Shown: positions 10,408 to 20,373 of the stretch, piece after piece
Numbering within the stretch: position 1 is the first letter of the stretch
Layout: each line of letters opens with the position of its first letter
Origin: an uncultured Verrucomicrobiota bacterium
GTDB lineage: Bacteria; Verrucomicrobiota; Kiritimatiellia; CAIQIC01; Lenti-01
Length of the DNA: 61,217 bases
NCBI GenBank assembly: GCA_964399775.1
Contig: CAYNSH010000008.1
Coordinates: forward strand, 1-61,217
Direction: 5' to 3'
The notes under the pieces: model-generated
What the model saw: only the letters and a program-made list of their open reading frames with translations
Told to the model about the DNA's origin: nothing
The model's database searches: none
Made by a program: the position numbers and the translations under genes

Positions 10408-11657
10408 CGCCGCCGTCGCCCCATGCCGCACCCGCCCCCTCCGGCCGGGTGTTTTTGCATGTGGACATGGACGCCTTCTATGCGGCCATCGAGCAACGCG
10501 ACCATCCGGAGTATCGCGGCAAGCCCCTGGTCGTGGGCGCGGCGCCCGCCGAGCGCGGCGTGGTCGCCACGGCCTCCTATGAAGCCCGCGCCTTCGGCAT
10601 CCATTCCGCCATGCCTTCGCGAGAGGCCGGTCAACGATGCCCCCACGCCATCTTTGTCGCCCCCGATTTGCCCCACTATGCCGACGTCTCCGCGCAGATC
10701 TTTGACATCTTCAACCGGTACACCCCCCTGGTGGAAGGTGTTTCGATCGATGAGGCCTTTCTTGACGTCACCGGCTCGCAGCGACTCTATGGACCCGGCG
10801 AAACCATCGCCCGCCGCATCCAGGATGAGATCCGCCGAAAACTGAATCTGACCTGTTCGGTGGGGGTCGCCCCCAACAAGTTTCTGGCCAAGCTGGGGTC
10901 GGAATATCAAAAGCCCGGTGGCTTGACCGTGCTGCCCTTCGACCGCCCGGGCATCATCGCGTTTCTGCGACCGCTGCCCGTTACCCGCCTCTGGGGCGTG
11001 GGACGGGTCACCCGGCAGGCGTTTGATCGCGCCGGAATGTATCGGATCGGCGACATCCAGGATGCCGCCCCCGCCCGCCTCGAACAGGTGGTCGGTCCTC
11101 ATCACGCCGCCCACCTGCGGGCGCTGGCGTTCGGCGAGGATTCGCGCGAGATCGAACTGGATGTGCGCGAAAAAAGCATCTCCCGCGAACATACGTTCCT
11201 GCGCGACGAACGGTCGCGGCGCAACCTGGACGACTGTCTCTTTGAACTGGTCGAGGATGTCGCCCGGCGGTTGCGCGCCGATGGACGCCTTGCCACGACC
11301 GGACGAATCAAACTGCGCTGGAAGGATTTCACCACCCTGACCCGGCAGCGCGCCTTTCCCCGCTCCACCCGCATCGAACCCGACTTGCAGGCTCTCGCGC
11401 GCACCCTGCTCGGCGAGATCCCCCTCGAACAGCCCGTGCGGCTGATCGGTTTCGGTGTCGAAGGACTCTTGGCCCCCGGCGCCGCACGGCAGATGGACCT
11501 CTTCGACCTTCCCGTGGAAACGCGACACAAAGCCGAAACGCTCGAACAAACCGTCGACCAGATCCGATCCCGACACGGGCCCGCATCGATCCGCCATGCC
11601 CGCCGGCTTTCCACTCCGCCGACCCCGCCACTCCCCGACGGCACGCCAAAAGAATGA
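10404..11657 (+). CDS. dinB: DNA polymerase IV (Y family)
   Basis: LHVDMDAFYAAIE, TASYEARAFG, SIDEAFLD, CSVGVAPNKFLAKLGS, LWGVG, VRLIG. GTG 10404 overlaps the upstream TGA. Confidence 0.95.
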   Translation: MTPPSPHAAPAPSGRVFLHVDMDAFYAAIEQRDHPEYRGKPLVVGAAPAERGVVATASYEARAFGIHSAMPSREAGQRCPHAIFVAPDLPHYADVSAQIFDIFNRYTPLVEGVSIDEAFLDVTGSQRLYGPGETIARRIQDEIRRKLNLTCSVGVAPNKFLAKLGSEYQKPGGLTVLPFDRPGIIAFLRPLPVTRLWGVGRVTRQAFDRAGMYRIGDIQDAAPARLEQVVGPHHAAHLRALAFGEDSREIELDVREKSISREHTFLRDERSRRNLDDCLFELVEDVARRLRADGRLATTGRIKLRWKDFTTLTRQRAFPRSTRIEPDLQALARTLLGEIPLEQPVRLIGFGVEGLLAPGAARQMDLFDLPVETRHKAETLEQTVDQIRSRHGPASIRHARRLSTPPTPPLPDGTPKE

Positions 11658-11719
11658 CGACGGGGGCGGTGCCGCTCCTCGGGCGGCGGCCGCCGCAACT
11701 CGTTTGCCAATCGCCCGCT

Positions 11720-14584
11720 TCAGCCCACAGGGGTCACGATCCGGACACGATAGATCCTCACGCGATCCGATTCGTTGTCGTCCTCCAGCAGGAGGAGGGT
11801 CGAGCCGTCGCCAACCGCGGAATCCGCCGGGATCCACACCACCGGATCGGCGGCGAGATCGGTGGTGTATTCGAGGGCATAGAGCACCCCGAATTCCCCC
11901 ACCCCCATGTTCACCGTTGCACGCAGATAATCCACACCGCCGATGTCGACAACCGTCACAAGAAATTCCCGGGCCGCTGGACGTTCGCCGCTGCTCCGCA
12001 CAATGGCCAGATCATTCACAAACAGCGCCTGGCGGGGATCTCCGTCGTGTCCGCCGTTGTAGAAGACCAGCTTGGCTGCAGGCGCATCGAGATTGTCCGA
12101 GAACACGCTGGCCGTTGCCCCATCACTGCGCGTCAGCGTGACGCGAAGCTGATCGTTGATCAACTGCTCCACTTCGAGCAAGATGGCGGAATTCCCGTCG
12201 TAGCCCCAGCCCAGGTCGATGCCCGGATTCGGACCGAAGGTATAGGTGTAGGTGTCGCCGGCGGAGAGGTTGAGGTTGAACAGCAGTTGGCCGGCCTCGT
12301 CCTGAATATCCACCCCGCGGTGCCCGCCGCTCCAGTTCACCCCCAGCACGAAGAACAGTTGGTCCCCCGCGGCCAACGGATTCAACAAGGGCCGGACCGC
12401 CTCGGCAAAATCGAATTCCTGATTCCCGCCCAGGATGCGGAACGAATGGTTGTGGACCGAATCGAACCAGACCTCCGGAACGATAAACGATTCCAGATCG
12501 ATGATGGCGGTTCCCGGCGTGTCGAATTCCCATGGACCGAAGCCGCCGCCGCCGTTGGAACCGTCGATGAAGGTGGTCGGCACAATACGTCCGGGCACAT
12601 AGTTGCCGGCGTCGTCCCATTCTTCCGGGAATGGGAACACGTTTACCATCAGCGGCGCGCAGATGTATCCCTCCGCCTGGGCATGGATGTCCACCAGGCT
12701 TTCCGAGACGCCCGTCACGCTGAACGTCGTCACCGCCTCGCCATCCGCAAACTCCACGGTTTCCGGCACGGTGGCGACTTCCGGCGATGCGCTGCCCAGG
12801 TCCACCGTCAAGGGGCCCGTCGTGTTACTGCGGCGCAGATGCACGGTGGACGATCCCCCAATGTCGATGTTCACCACGCCCTCCATCTCCATCACCTGGT
12901 ACTGGTTCATGCCCAATCGGTTGAAATAGAAGTGGTTGGCGCCGTCGGCCTCCGTTTCGCGGACCTCGAAACGGACGCGGTCCGGAGCCCACCCGCCGAG
13001 GTCCCGCCACCGGGTCTCAATGAGCATGTAGTTCTGAAGAGCACCGGTGCGGTCGAGGGCCACGGTGTAGCGATCCTCCGGATAGCGGGTGATGATGACC
13101 CGGATGGCCGTATCGGCGCGGTAGCTCCAGCCGAGGGGGGTGTACCCGGTATCGCCGGCCCCCCAGTCGGCGAAGACGTATTCGTCATTGCGCACGGCGA
13201 CCTCGAACAGCCAGTTGATGCCTCGCATCAGCAGGGCGCCCTTCGACCCGTTGCGATAGTTGACCCCCAGATCAAACGTCAACCTTCCGCCTTCCGGAAA
13301 TTCCGACAGGAGGCGCGTGGCGCTGGAATGGGGAGATCCCTCATCGGTGGAATGGGCGTATAGGCCGAACGCCGTCCCGTCGGGTACATTGACGTCCCCT
13401 CCGCCATACATCGTGGAATCGCCCAGAAACGCCCCCGCGGAATAGGTTACGCCCCCACCGGCATCACCGTCGTTGTTCACCAACTCCCACAAACCGAAGC
13501 CCTCGCCGCCATTCGATTCGTTTGTCCACGTGCCGGGCGCGTAGTACGACGCGGAATCATAGGCCAGATCATAGACGTCCAGTTCCATTTCGACGCTGTC
13601 AAAGCCGGCGGCGGAAACCGTCAGCGTGGCCGATCCGCGGCGAAACCCGGTGAGGTCGACCTCGGCGTGGGTTTCGCCCGCCGGAATGGTGACGCTGGCG
13701 CCGCCAAAAGCCGCAATGCCGTCGTCGCTGCTGTGCAGGTCCACCGTCAGCGGATCGTCTGTCGGTCCCTCACGGCTGATGAAGGGATGATGCGTGGTCC
13801 CCGCCACCACCCCTTCCGGAACATGGAAAGCCAGTTCCGGAACGCGTTCGCCTTCGATCAGGAGGTTGTCGATATAGGGGATCCGCTTCGCGAAGTCCTC
13901 AAACTGGATATCTCCTGCGTAAACCATAAAGGCATCCGGGGCGCCGGAGATGGTAAAGAATTCGTCAAAGGTCTCGACCCCGTCGCGGCCGGTGGCATGG
14001 ACGCGCAGGGTGTCGGCGGCCGTATAGTCAAAGGTCAGCGTGATCGCCGCCGTGCCATAGTTGGAAAACATGGGTTGGCCGGGCTGGTCCTGCGGCACAA
14101 GGGTGATCGCTTGTGATGGCCCCATGTGAATGTTGAGAATCTGGGTTCCGCCGCTGTACAGGTTGATCCCCTTGTAGTCCCCGCCCGTGTCCCAGTTGTT
14201 GCCCCATTGCAGGCTGAAGGTGTCGCCCACCTTGAGCGGCCGGCGAAACGCGCGCCGGGCGTGCACATACCCCCCAAAGCCGTATAGACGAAAGGAATTG
14301 GTGGGCATGCCGGTGATCTCCGCCTCCGCCGGATCTCCGATCTGAAACGCAACGTGAAAGCCCCAATCATAGATGAATTCCCACGGACCGAATCCCTCCC
14401 CTCGGTTGGAGCCGTCCGTCCAGCCCGCGAGATAATTGGCCCCGACATCCTGCGCCAACACGGCCGCCCCGGCGGCGCTGGGCATTCCCACCCCGAACAA
14501 GAGGAGCGTGAGTCCCCATGCCCTCATCCAATGTGTTCCGTAAAACCCAAAAGGCTTTCCGGCGTTTTCTCTACGCGTCCTCAT
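11720..14584 (-). CDS. Large secreted multi-domain protein (954 aa) with three copies of a GSNxGxGFGxW domain, Calx-beta/Ig-like spacers and a PVC-type C-terminal tail
   Basis: RBS AAGGAGG before ATG 14584, signal peptide, acidic Gly/Thr-rich beta composition, internal repeats, C-terminus YALEYTTDL...W...IYRVRIV. Confidence 0.8.
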   Translation of the reverse strand: MRTRRENAGKPFGFYGTHWMRAWGLTLLLFGVGMPSAAGAAVLAQDVGANYLAGWTDGSNRGEGFGPWEFIYDWGFHVAFQIGDPAEAEITGMPTNSFRLYGFGGYVHARRAFRRPLKVGDTFSLQWGNNWDTGGDYKGINLYSGGTQILNIHMGPSQAITLVPQDQPGQPMFSNYGTAAITLTFDYTAADTLRVHATGRDGVETFDEFFTISGAPDAFMVYAGDIQFEDFAKRIPYIDNLLIEGERVPELAFHVPEGVVAGTTHHPFISREGPTDDPLTVDLHSSDDGIAAFGGASVTIPAGETHAEVDLTGFRRGSATLTVSAAGFDSVEMELDVYDLAYDSASYYAPGTWTNESNGGEGFGLWELVNNDGDAGGGVTYSAGAFLGDSTMYGGGDVNVPDGTAFGLYAHSTDEGSPHSSATRLLSEFPEGGRLTFDLGVNYRNGSKGALLMRGINWLFEVAVRNDEYVFADWGAGDTGYTPLGWSYRADTAIRVIITRYPEDRYTVALDRTGALQNYMLIETRWRDLGGWAPDRVRFEVRETEADGANHFYFNRLGMNQYQVMEMEGVVNIDIGGSSTVHLRRSNTTGPLTVDLGSASPEVATVPETVEFADGEAVTTFSVTGVSESLVDIHAQAEGYICAPLMVNVFPFPEEWDDAGNYVPGRIVPTTFIDGSNGGGGFGPWEFDTPGTAIIDLESFIVPEVWFDSVHNHSFRILGGNQEFDFAEAVRPLLNPLAAGDQLFFVLGVNWSGGHRGVDIQDEAGQLLFNLNLSAGDTYTYTFGPNPGIDLGWGYDGNSAILLEVEQLINDQLRVTLTRSDGATASVFSDNLDAPAAKLVFYNGGHDGDPRQALFVNDLAIVRSSGERPAAREFLVTVVDIGGVDYLRATVNMGVGEFGVLYALEYTTDLAADPVVWIPADSAVGDGSTLLLLEDDNESDRVRIYRVRIVTPVG

Positions 14585-14682
14585 CGCATCCTCCTTGGTA
14601 GCATTCCCGCGTTTCAGTCTATCAAAACCGAACGGATGTTGTCTGTGTGATCTGACGGGTTTTTTGTCGGACCGGACCGGAT

Positions 14683-15264
14683 TCAACCTTCCGCATCTGG
14701 ATCCATCTCCTCCCGCACCCAGATCAGCAGGCGCGTGGAGCCATAGCGTTTGTCACCGGCAAGCCGCCAGCCGGGCAAATCCGGAGGGGCCTCTTTTCCC
14801 TCGGCCTCAAAGACGAAAATGCCGCCCGGCTGGATCCAGCCATTGGTCGCCAACCGCTTGGCCACGATTTCCAACCAGCCCTCGGCCCGGGCCAGCGCGT
14901 AGGGGGGGTCGGCAATGACCAGATCAAACCCCGCCCCCGGGCAGGGCCGCCCGAGACGCTGAAACACATCGGCGTCGATCACGGAGCCCGCTTCCGACGG
15001 CACGCCCAGCGTTCGCAAGTTGTCACGGAGCGCGCCTAACGGTGCCTTGGCGTTTTCGATCCACTCGACCCAGGCCGCGTCGCGGCTCCACGCCTCCAGC
15101 CCCATGGCGCCCGTACCGGCAAAAAGGTCCAGGACGCGCGCGCCGGGCACCTGCGCCGCCAGCGATGAAAACAACGCGGCGCGCACCTTGTCCTGCGTGG
15201 GACGCAACCCGTCGGCTGGAACACGCAGCCGGCGACCGGCGTGTTCGCCTCCCGTAAGTCTCAC
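14683..15264 (-). CDS. rsmD: 16S rRNA m2G966 methyltransferase RsmD
   Basis: VRLTGGEHAGRRL, LRPTQDKVRAALF, LDLFAGTGAMGLEAWSR, ADPPY, KRYGSTRL. GTG 15264 overlaps the upstream stop. Confidence 0.92.
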   Translation of the reverse strand: MRLTGGEHAGRRLRVPADGLRPTQDKVRAALFSSLAAQVPGARVLDLFAGTGAMGLEAWSRDAAWVEWIENAKAPLGALRDNLRTLGVPSEAGSVIDADVFQRLGRPCPGAGFDLVIADPPYALARAEGWLEIVAKRLATNGWIQPGGIFVFEAEGKEAPPDLPGWRLAGDKRYGSTRLLIWVREEMDPDAEG

Positions 15265-16136
15265 CGGACGATCTCCCGGGCCCATTGGCACACCGAGAGC
15301 GCCAATTCCGCCTCGCACCCGTGGAACCCGTGGTCCGCCCCGGGAATCAGCCAGTCGTCGAAGTCAACCGACCGCGTCTTCCGTCGCAGGATCGAGAGCA
15401 TCTCCGCCGGCGGGATTGCCGCGAATTCTTCGTTTTCGCCAAAGATCGCCAGCACGGGGCAACGCAAACGTCGAAAATGGGTCAAGGGGCCGTCATAGCG
15501 AAAGACACCCGCTTCGGTGGCGCGGGGATTGGCCAAGCTAAGAAAGCGGGCGGCGGTGAAGGTCTCGTAGAGCCCGGCCACCGGCGCATCCGGCTTTCCG
15601 TCCGCCACCTGTCGCTGCGCCCAGGCCACGGTTTTGTCGAACCACCGGCCCAGGTCGCGCCGGGTCACCGCGTAATCGTCGGCCGGCGCCAGCAAGACCA
15701 GGCCCGCCACGGCGGGATGCCGGCGGCGGGATTGCCAATAGGCGATCTTTTGGCAACCCGTGCTGTGTCCGACCAGCACCAGTTCCCGGTGCCCGTGGCG
15801 ACGCGCGAATTCCGCCGCGGCATCCAGGTCATGCAGGCAGGCGCCGAAGGATTCGTCCTGCGTTCCGCGTTCCGCCCCGCGATTGTTGAACGACAACACC
15901 CCCAGGCCCAGCGCGGGGGCCGCTTCCAGAAAGGCCTTCTTGAGGCCCGAACGATAGAAATTGCTGCCCATGCCATGCACCATCACCACCAGCGGCGGGT
16001 TGGGATTCTTGGGCGGGCGGTAAAACCCGTCGAGGCGGCGCGTGCCGCGCCCATCCCGGCCGGGAAAGGATACCAGGCGGCCCTCCACCATCCAATCCAT
16101 CACGGGCCGCTCTTCGTTCTTGCGCTTGCTTATCAT
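15261..16136 (-). CDS. Alpha/beta-fold hydrolase (DUF1749-like)
   Basis: VHGMGSNFY, nucleophile elbow GHSTG, C-terminal GADHGF. Alternative start ATG 16100. Confidence 0.85.
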   Translation of the reverse strand: MISKRKNEERPVMDWMVEGRLVSFPGRDGRGTRRLDGFYRPPKNPNPPLVVMVHGMGSNFYRSGLKKAFLEAAPALGLGVLSFNNRGAERGTQDESFGACLHDLDAAAEFARRHGHRELVLVGHSTGCQKIAYWQSRRRHPAVAGLVLLAPADDYAVTRRDLGRWFDKTVAWAQRQVADGKPDAPVAGLYETFTAARFLSLANPRATEAGVFRYDGPLTHFRRLRCPVLAIFGENEEFAAIPPAEMLSILRRKTRSVDFDDWLIPGADHGFHGCEAELALSVCQWAREIVR

Positions 16137-16172
16137 GGATCCTCCTTATACGATGGCCGTGGAGTCAACGCC

Positions 16173-16700
16173 ATGAAAAATCCTTGCTGTGCTTGCTTGC
16201 TGGTTGTGGGACTGACGGTGGTCGGCGCGGGTTGCGGTCGGACGGATTCGGCGACGTCCAACCCGGCCTCTTCTCCGGAATCCGCTCCCCTCCAGGATGT
16301 GATCGCCCTCCCGACGGACCTGGACATCCCCTCCGACTTGCCGGGTTGCCCCGGACTGCTGGAGGTCTCCGACCACACCGGAAATGCCCGCACCGGGTCG
16401 CTCAACCTGCTCTCCAGCCAACGCGCGGACGCGCTGGCCGATTTCTACACCGGGCATCTCTCCGCCGGCGGCTGGATAATGGCCTCCTCCTTGGCCCAGG
16501 GAGGGGATCGCCACATCCAGTTCCGCAAAGGCCCGCGGTTCCTGCGGCTGCAAATGAGTCCGGCCCAATCCAGGACCGGCCAAACGTACATCCGCATGGC
16601 CTGGGGCGCGCCGGATCACGCGGACCTCAACCTGGAGGCCCATGCCCCCGACTACGAAGAAGACGCCTCCGAGATCGAGCCCGCTTCCTTCGAGTGGTGA
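16173..16700 (+). CDS. Hypothetical lipoprotein
   Basis: RBS GGAG before ATG 16173, hydrophobic stretch and lipobox-like VGAGC, Ser/Pro linker. Confidence 0.7.
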   Translation: MKNPCCACLLVVGLTVVGAGCGRTDSATSNPASSPESAPLQDVIALPTDLDIPSDLPGCPGLLEVSDHTGNARTGSLNLLSSQRADALADFYTGHLSAGGWIMASSLAQGGDRHIQFRKGPRFLRLQMSPAQSRTGQTYIRMAWGAPDHADLNLEAHAPDYEEDASEIEPASFEW

Positions 16701-16754
16701 TTCCAGGACCATCGGCTTGCCAGCCTCGGTCGCATGCCGTACAGTTCCGCCCCC

Positions 16755-17201
16755 ATGAAACAAGTCAAGTTGAACGAATTAAGCGCGGCGGACCGACGCC
16801 TCGTGGAGAAAGCCGTGGCGATCCGCCTGAAGGCGTATGCCCCGTTTTCAAACTATAAGTGCGGGGCCGCCCTCCGCGATATCCGCAACCGGATCCATGC
16901 CGGATGCAACGTCGAAACCGTGGATTTGACCCTCACCACCCATGCGGAAATGGATGCCATCAACAGCATGATCAAATCCGGAACCCACCGCCTCAAGGCC
17001 ATGGCCGTGGCCGTGCTGGCCGTGAACGGCTACGCGTTTCCCTGCGGCCTCTGCCGCCAGAAAATCCGCGAATTCGCCACCGGCGACGATGCCAAAATCT
17101 TGGCGGTGGGCGTGGATGACAAGGGGCGAATCCGCCAACTGGCGGTGACCACCATTGGCGAACTGTATCCGCTCTCGTTTACCGCGGATTGCCTGCCGTA
17201 G
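16755..17201 (+). CDS. cdd: Cytidine deaminase
   Basis: AYAPFSNYKCGAAL, GCNVE, HAE, PCGLCRQ zinc motif. Start 16755 or 16734. Confidence 0.92.
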   Translation: MKQVKLNELSAADRRLVEKAVAIRLKAYAPFSNYKCGAALRDIRNRIHAGCNVETVDLTLTTHAEMDAINSMIKSGTHRLKAMAVAVLAVNGYAFPCGLCRQKIREFATGDDAKILAVGVDDKGRIRQLAVTTIGELYPLSFTADCLP

Positions 17202-20200
17202 GGCCCGGGCCCAGCGCCTGCCGGATGGCGCCGACCCGCTCCCGCTGCGGCGGGGTCAGGTGCGCTTCTAACGCATCCGCCACCCGGAGAAAAGCCGCGG
17301 CCTGGCGCCGGTCCCCTTGCGCCATTACAGTCTCCATCAGGTCCAGGAGCGTGTCCAGGTTGCGGCCCCCGTTGCGCAAGGCGTCCAGCACATCCGCACG
17401 CGCATCCGTCAGGCGGCCGGCCGACATATGGATTTGCGCCCGCGTGTTGTGCATGCTCGGGGTTCCGGGCTGAAGCGCCAACGCTTCGTTCACCAGCGCC
17501 AGGGCTTCAGCCAGGTCGCCCCCCCGCACCCGCACCACATGGGCCAGATTGTTGAGCAGGACCGGACTGCGCGATCGGCGCAACCCCGCCCGGAACGTCC
17601 GCTCCGCCAGTTCGTACTCCCCTTTTTGGTAATGCGCTACCCCTTCATTCTGGAAGCGAATGTAATGGTCGGGATTGCGGGCCGTCAGTCCGCGAACACT
17701 GGCATCGATCAGCCGGGGATTCCCGATTTCCTGGGCCACCGCCAGAAACAGCTCCCAGGCATGGTCCGGGTAGCCCTCCATTTCCACGGTCCGCTCCAGT
17801 TCCGTCATCGCCTGGCGCCACTGGCCCTGCGACATCAGAATCGAGGCCAGCACCATGCGAACCATCGAACTGTCTGCATGACGGTTGCGCAACACCCAGA
17901 TCGCTTCGCGGTTTCGCGGGTCGTCCATTTCGGTCAATAACGCAACCGCCGTCCACACGCGCGGATCCCCCGGGGTCTGATGCGACAACACATCCAGTTG
18001 GGCCAACGCCTCCTCCCGCCGACCGGAGATCAGATCCACCATGGCCTCGTCAAAGGCCAGCAGGCCCTCGGTTTGGCTGATCTCGCGTGCGGCCTGCAGG
18101 AGCACATCCGCCGCCAACCAGTCGCCCTGACGCATCGCATTGCGAAACAGGCCGACCCACGCATCGAAATCCCGGGGGTTGCGGGCAAGCCGAGCATGAA
18201 ACGCCATGTCGGGAGGCAGTGCCTGCGTCCAGCGCAAATACGCCTTGTCCACCAATTCCACCTGGCGGGCATCGAGAACCGTGGGGGGGGCTTCCTCCTC
18301 CTCGGTGGAGGCCGCCCCGCCCTCCGGCCCAATCTGGCCGGACAGGGCCCAGACCCAGCCGCGCCCCAGCCAGTGCCGGGCATTCCAAACTTCGCCGTAC
18401 AGCGTGGCCAGCCGCCAGCGCTCGCCTTCCGTATCCCCCACCAATTCCTCCAGGGCCGCATGGATCTCCTCCCGCTCCGGATCCTCCAACCGTTCCGCCA
18501 GCAGGGACAGGTTGAGCAAGACGCTCAGGTTTTCGGGATAAATCCGCCATGCGGCCCGGAAGGTTTCCAAGGCTCCCGCCCGTTCATCGTGCCGCGCCTG
18601 CAATACGCCCACATGGTTCACGACCCGCGAGACCATCAGCCGGATGTAGTTCTGGAAGGGGCGGGCCGGGTTGTTTTCCGCAATGGGATGCTTGGCCTGT
18701 TCCATCAGGTCCATCCAGAACTCCCGTTGGCTTGCCGCCAGATCGCGAACCGCCGCACGATCCAATGGGTCGGTCTGGATTCGATACGCCAGCCCATCCG
18801 GGATCAAATGGCCGAACGGGCGAAACACATCCGGCATGTCAATGAAACGCATGGTGCGCAACCCGTGCTCATGCTCGCACAGATTCTGGACGAATTTGGA
18901 GATGTTGCCGCTTAGAAGCGGCTGCCGCAGGGAGGGATCTCGAAACGAGTCCGCCAGCCGCCGCAGGTAGATCGGCGAAGACGTGCGAGGGCCGCGAATG
19001 AGCAGAACCGGCGACCACCGCTGACGGATGGAGATGTGCAAGGTGTCGTCCAGCACGCCGGAAGAAAACAGGATGCTGGCCTCATCCATGCTGTCCAGAA
19101 CGCGTTCGGCCACATTGTTCACGATCTGCGCCGTGCGCCCATCGGTCACCGGGCGGTTGTGCAAAACGGCGCCCAATACGGCCACCGGCAGCGCCAGGGC
19201 AAACGCACTGGCCACCCATCGGCGGCTGCGCAGGCGCCGCCGGTAATCCATCAGGATGTGCTCTTCCCCCAGGATCCAGAATTCGCCGGCCATGTAGCCC
19301 ATGCAGCCGGCCATGACGACGTATGGCGTCACGAGGACATATCCCATGCCCATCAGGGCCCAGGGGGCGAATGCCGCATTGTACAAGGCGGCCAGTAATC
19401 CGCCGATCAATACCAGCCGCATCCCAACCGGCCCCGCGTCATAGGCCCACGGCGACCGCGACGACAACGGAAACAGCGCCAGCCAGGGCACCAGGCAAAA
19501 GGCCATGGCGACCGGAAAACCGTGATAATACCGGATGGTGGCCACCAAGCGCCCCTGCCCGGCCAGGAGATCCAGCAACGCCGCCCAGCGGGTTGCGTAG
19601 ACTTGGGACGGAAGACCCTGCCGGTAGATCGCATCCGCGTGAAACCCGTAGAGGGACAGGCCCACCAGCAGGGCGCCCCAGAAGACCAGGTGATGGCTCC
19701 AGCGGCCCAGCGTTTCCCAGCGGAACATCTCGCGGAGAACCAGGATCACGATCAACGGAAACAGGATCCAGAACGTGGCATATTCGGTAATCCCCACGCC
19801 CACCACCAGGCCCAGCGCGACCAGTCGCGATGGCCGTCCCAGATCTTGATAACCCTTGAAGATCAAGGCGGCCAGCAGCATGAGCACCACGTGAAAGGAG
19901 CCCGGAAGCGAGCGCGTGGACAGGATTCCGAACGGTATGCAGGAAGCCAGGAACAATCCGGCCACCAGGCCGGACAGTCGGCGGGCCTGGATTTCCCTCG
20001 ACAGCGAATTCGGGCCCGGTTCACCCGGGAATACATATCCCACCTCCGACATGAGCAGGGAAAGCATCGTGACGGACAACGCCCCGCAGGCCGCGCTGAA
20101 CAGCCCCATCCAGCCGGCAATCGACAGCCACCCCGGCAATCGACCGGCCAGCCGCACGGCCCAGCCCCAGAGCAAGTGGGTCCGGGCCGGCGTCGCCTCC

Positions 20201-20373
20201 ATCTTCAAATGCTCCAGCAGCATCTGCGTAGGCGGCCCCGGGAAGGCGGACGGACTCCGGAGGACCCAATAGCCCACCAAGGTCAGCACGAACAAGACCA
20301 GGGCCGTTGGGAACGGCATCGGGAACGGCCATCCCCGCCCCGGCCGAATGTCATATCCAAACGGTGAATTCAT
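17179..20373 (-). CDS. Multi-pass membrane protein (DUF2723/GT-C-like N-terminus) with C-terminal TPRs, paralogue C
   Basis: Many TM segments in the first ~410 aa, STRSLP motif, TPRs (PENLSVLLNL, SPVLLNNLA). ATG 20373 overlaps the stop of paralogue B. Confidence 0.8.
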   Translation of the reverse strand: MNSPFGYDIRPGRGWPFPMPFPTALVLFVLTLVGYWVLRSPSAFPGPPTQMLLEHLKMEATPARTHLLWGWAVRLAGRLPGWLSIAGWMGLFSAACGALSVTMLSLLMSEVGYVFPGEPGPNSLSREIQARRLSGLVAGLFLASCIPFGILSTRSLPGSFHVVLMLLAALIFKGYQDLGRPSRLVALGLVVGVGITEYATFWILFPLIVILVLREMFRWETLGRWSHHLVFWGALLVGLSLYGFHADAIYRQGLPSQVYATRWAALLDLLAGQGRLVATIRYYHGFPVAMAFCLVPWLALFPLSSRSPWAYDAGPVGMRLVLIGGLLAALYNAAFAPWALMGMGYVLVTPYVVMAGCMGYMAGEFWILGEEHILMDYRRRLRSRRWVASAFALALPVAVLGAVLHNRPVTDGRTAQIVNNVAERVLDSMDEASILFSSGVLDDTLHISIRQRWSPVLLIRGPRTSSPIYLRRLADSFRDPSLRQPLLSGNISKFVQNLCEHEHGLRTMRFIDMPDVFRPFGHLIPDGLAYRIQTDPLDRAAVRDLAASQREFWMDLMEQAKHPIAENNPARPFQNYIRLMVSRVVNHVGVLQARHDERAGALETFRAAWRIYPENLSVLLNLSLLAERLEDPEREEIHAALEELVGDTEGERWRLATLYGEVWNARHWLGRGWVWALSGQIGPEGGAASTEEEEAPPTVLDARQVELVDKAYLRWTQALPPDMAFHARLARNPRDFDAWVGLFRNAMRQGDWLAADVLLQAAREISQTEGLLAFDEAMVDLISGRREEALAQLDVLSHQTPGDPRVWTAVALLTEMDDPRNREAIWVLRNRHADSSMVRMVLASILMSQGQWRQAMTELERTVEMEGYPDHAWELFLAVAQEIGNPRLIDASVRGLTARNPDHYIRFQNEGVAHYQKGEYELAERTFRAGLRRSRSPVLLNNLAHVVRVRGGDLAEALALVNEALALQPGTPSMHNTRAQIHMSAGRLTDARADVLDALRNGGRNLDTLLDLMETVMAQGDRRQAAAFLRVADALEAHLTPPQRERVGAIRQALGPGPTAGNPR

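Noticed and set aside
15285-16172. N-terminal extension of the lipoprotein ORF
   Set aside because: Antisense to the alpha/beta hydrolase. The RBS and signal peptide point to ATG 16173.
17179-17201. 23-bp convergent overlap of cdd and TPR paralogue C
   Set aside because: Short 3' overlaps are ordinary and both frames end normally.
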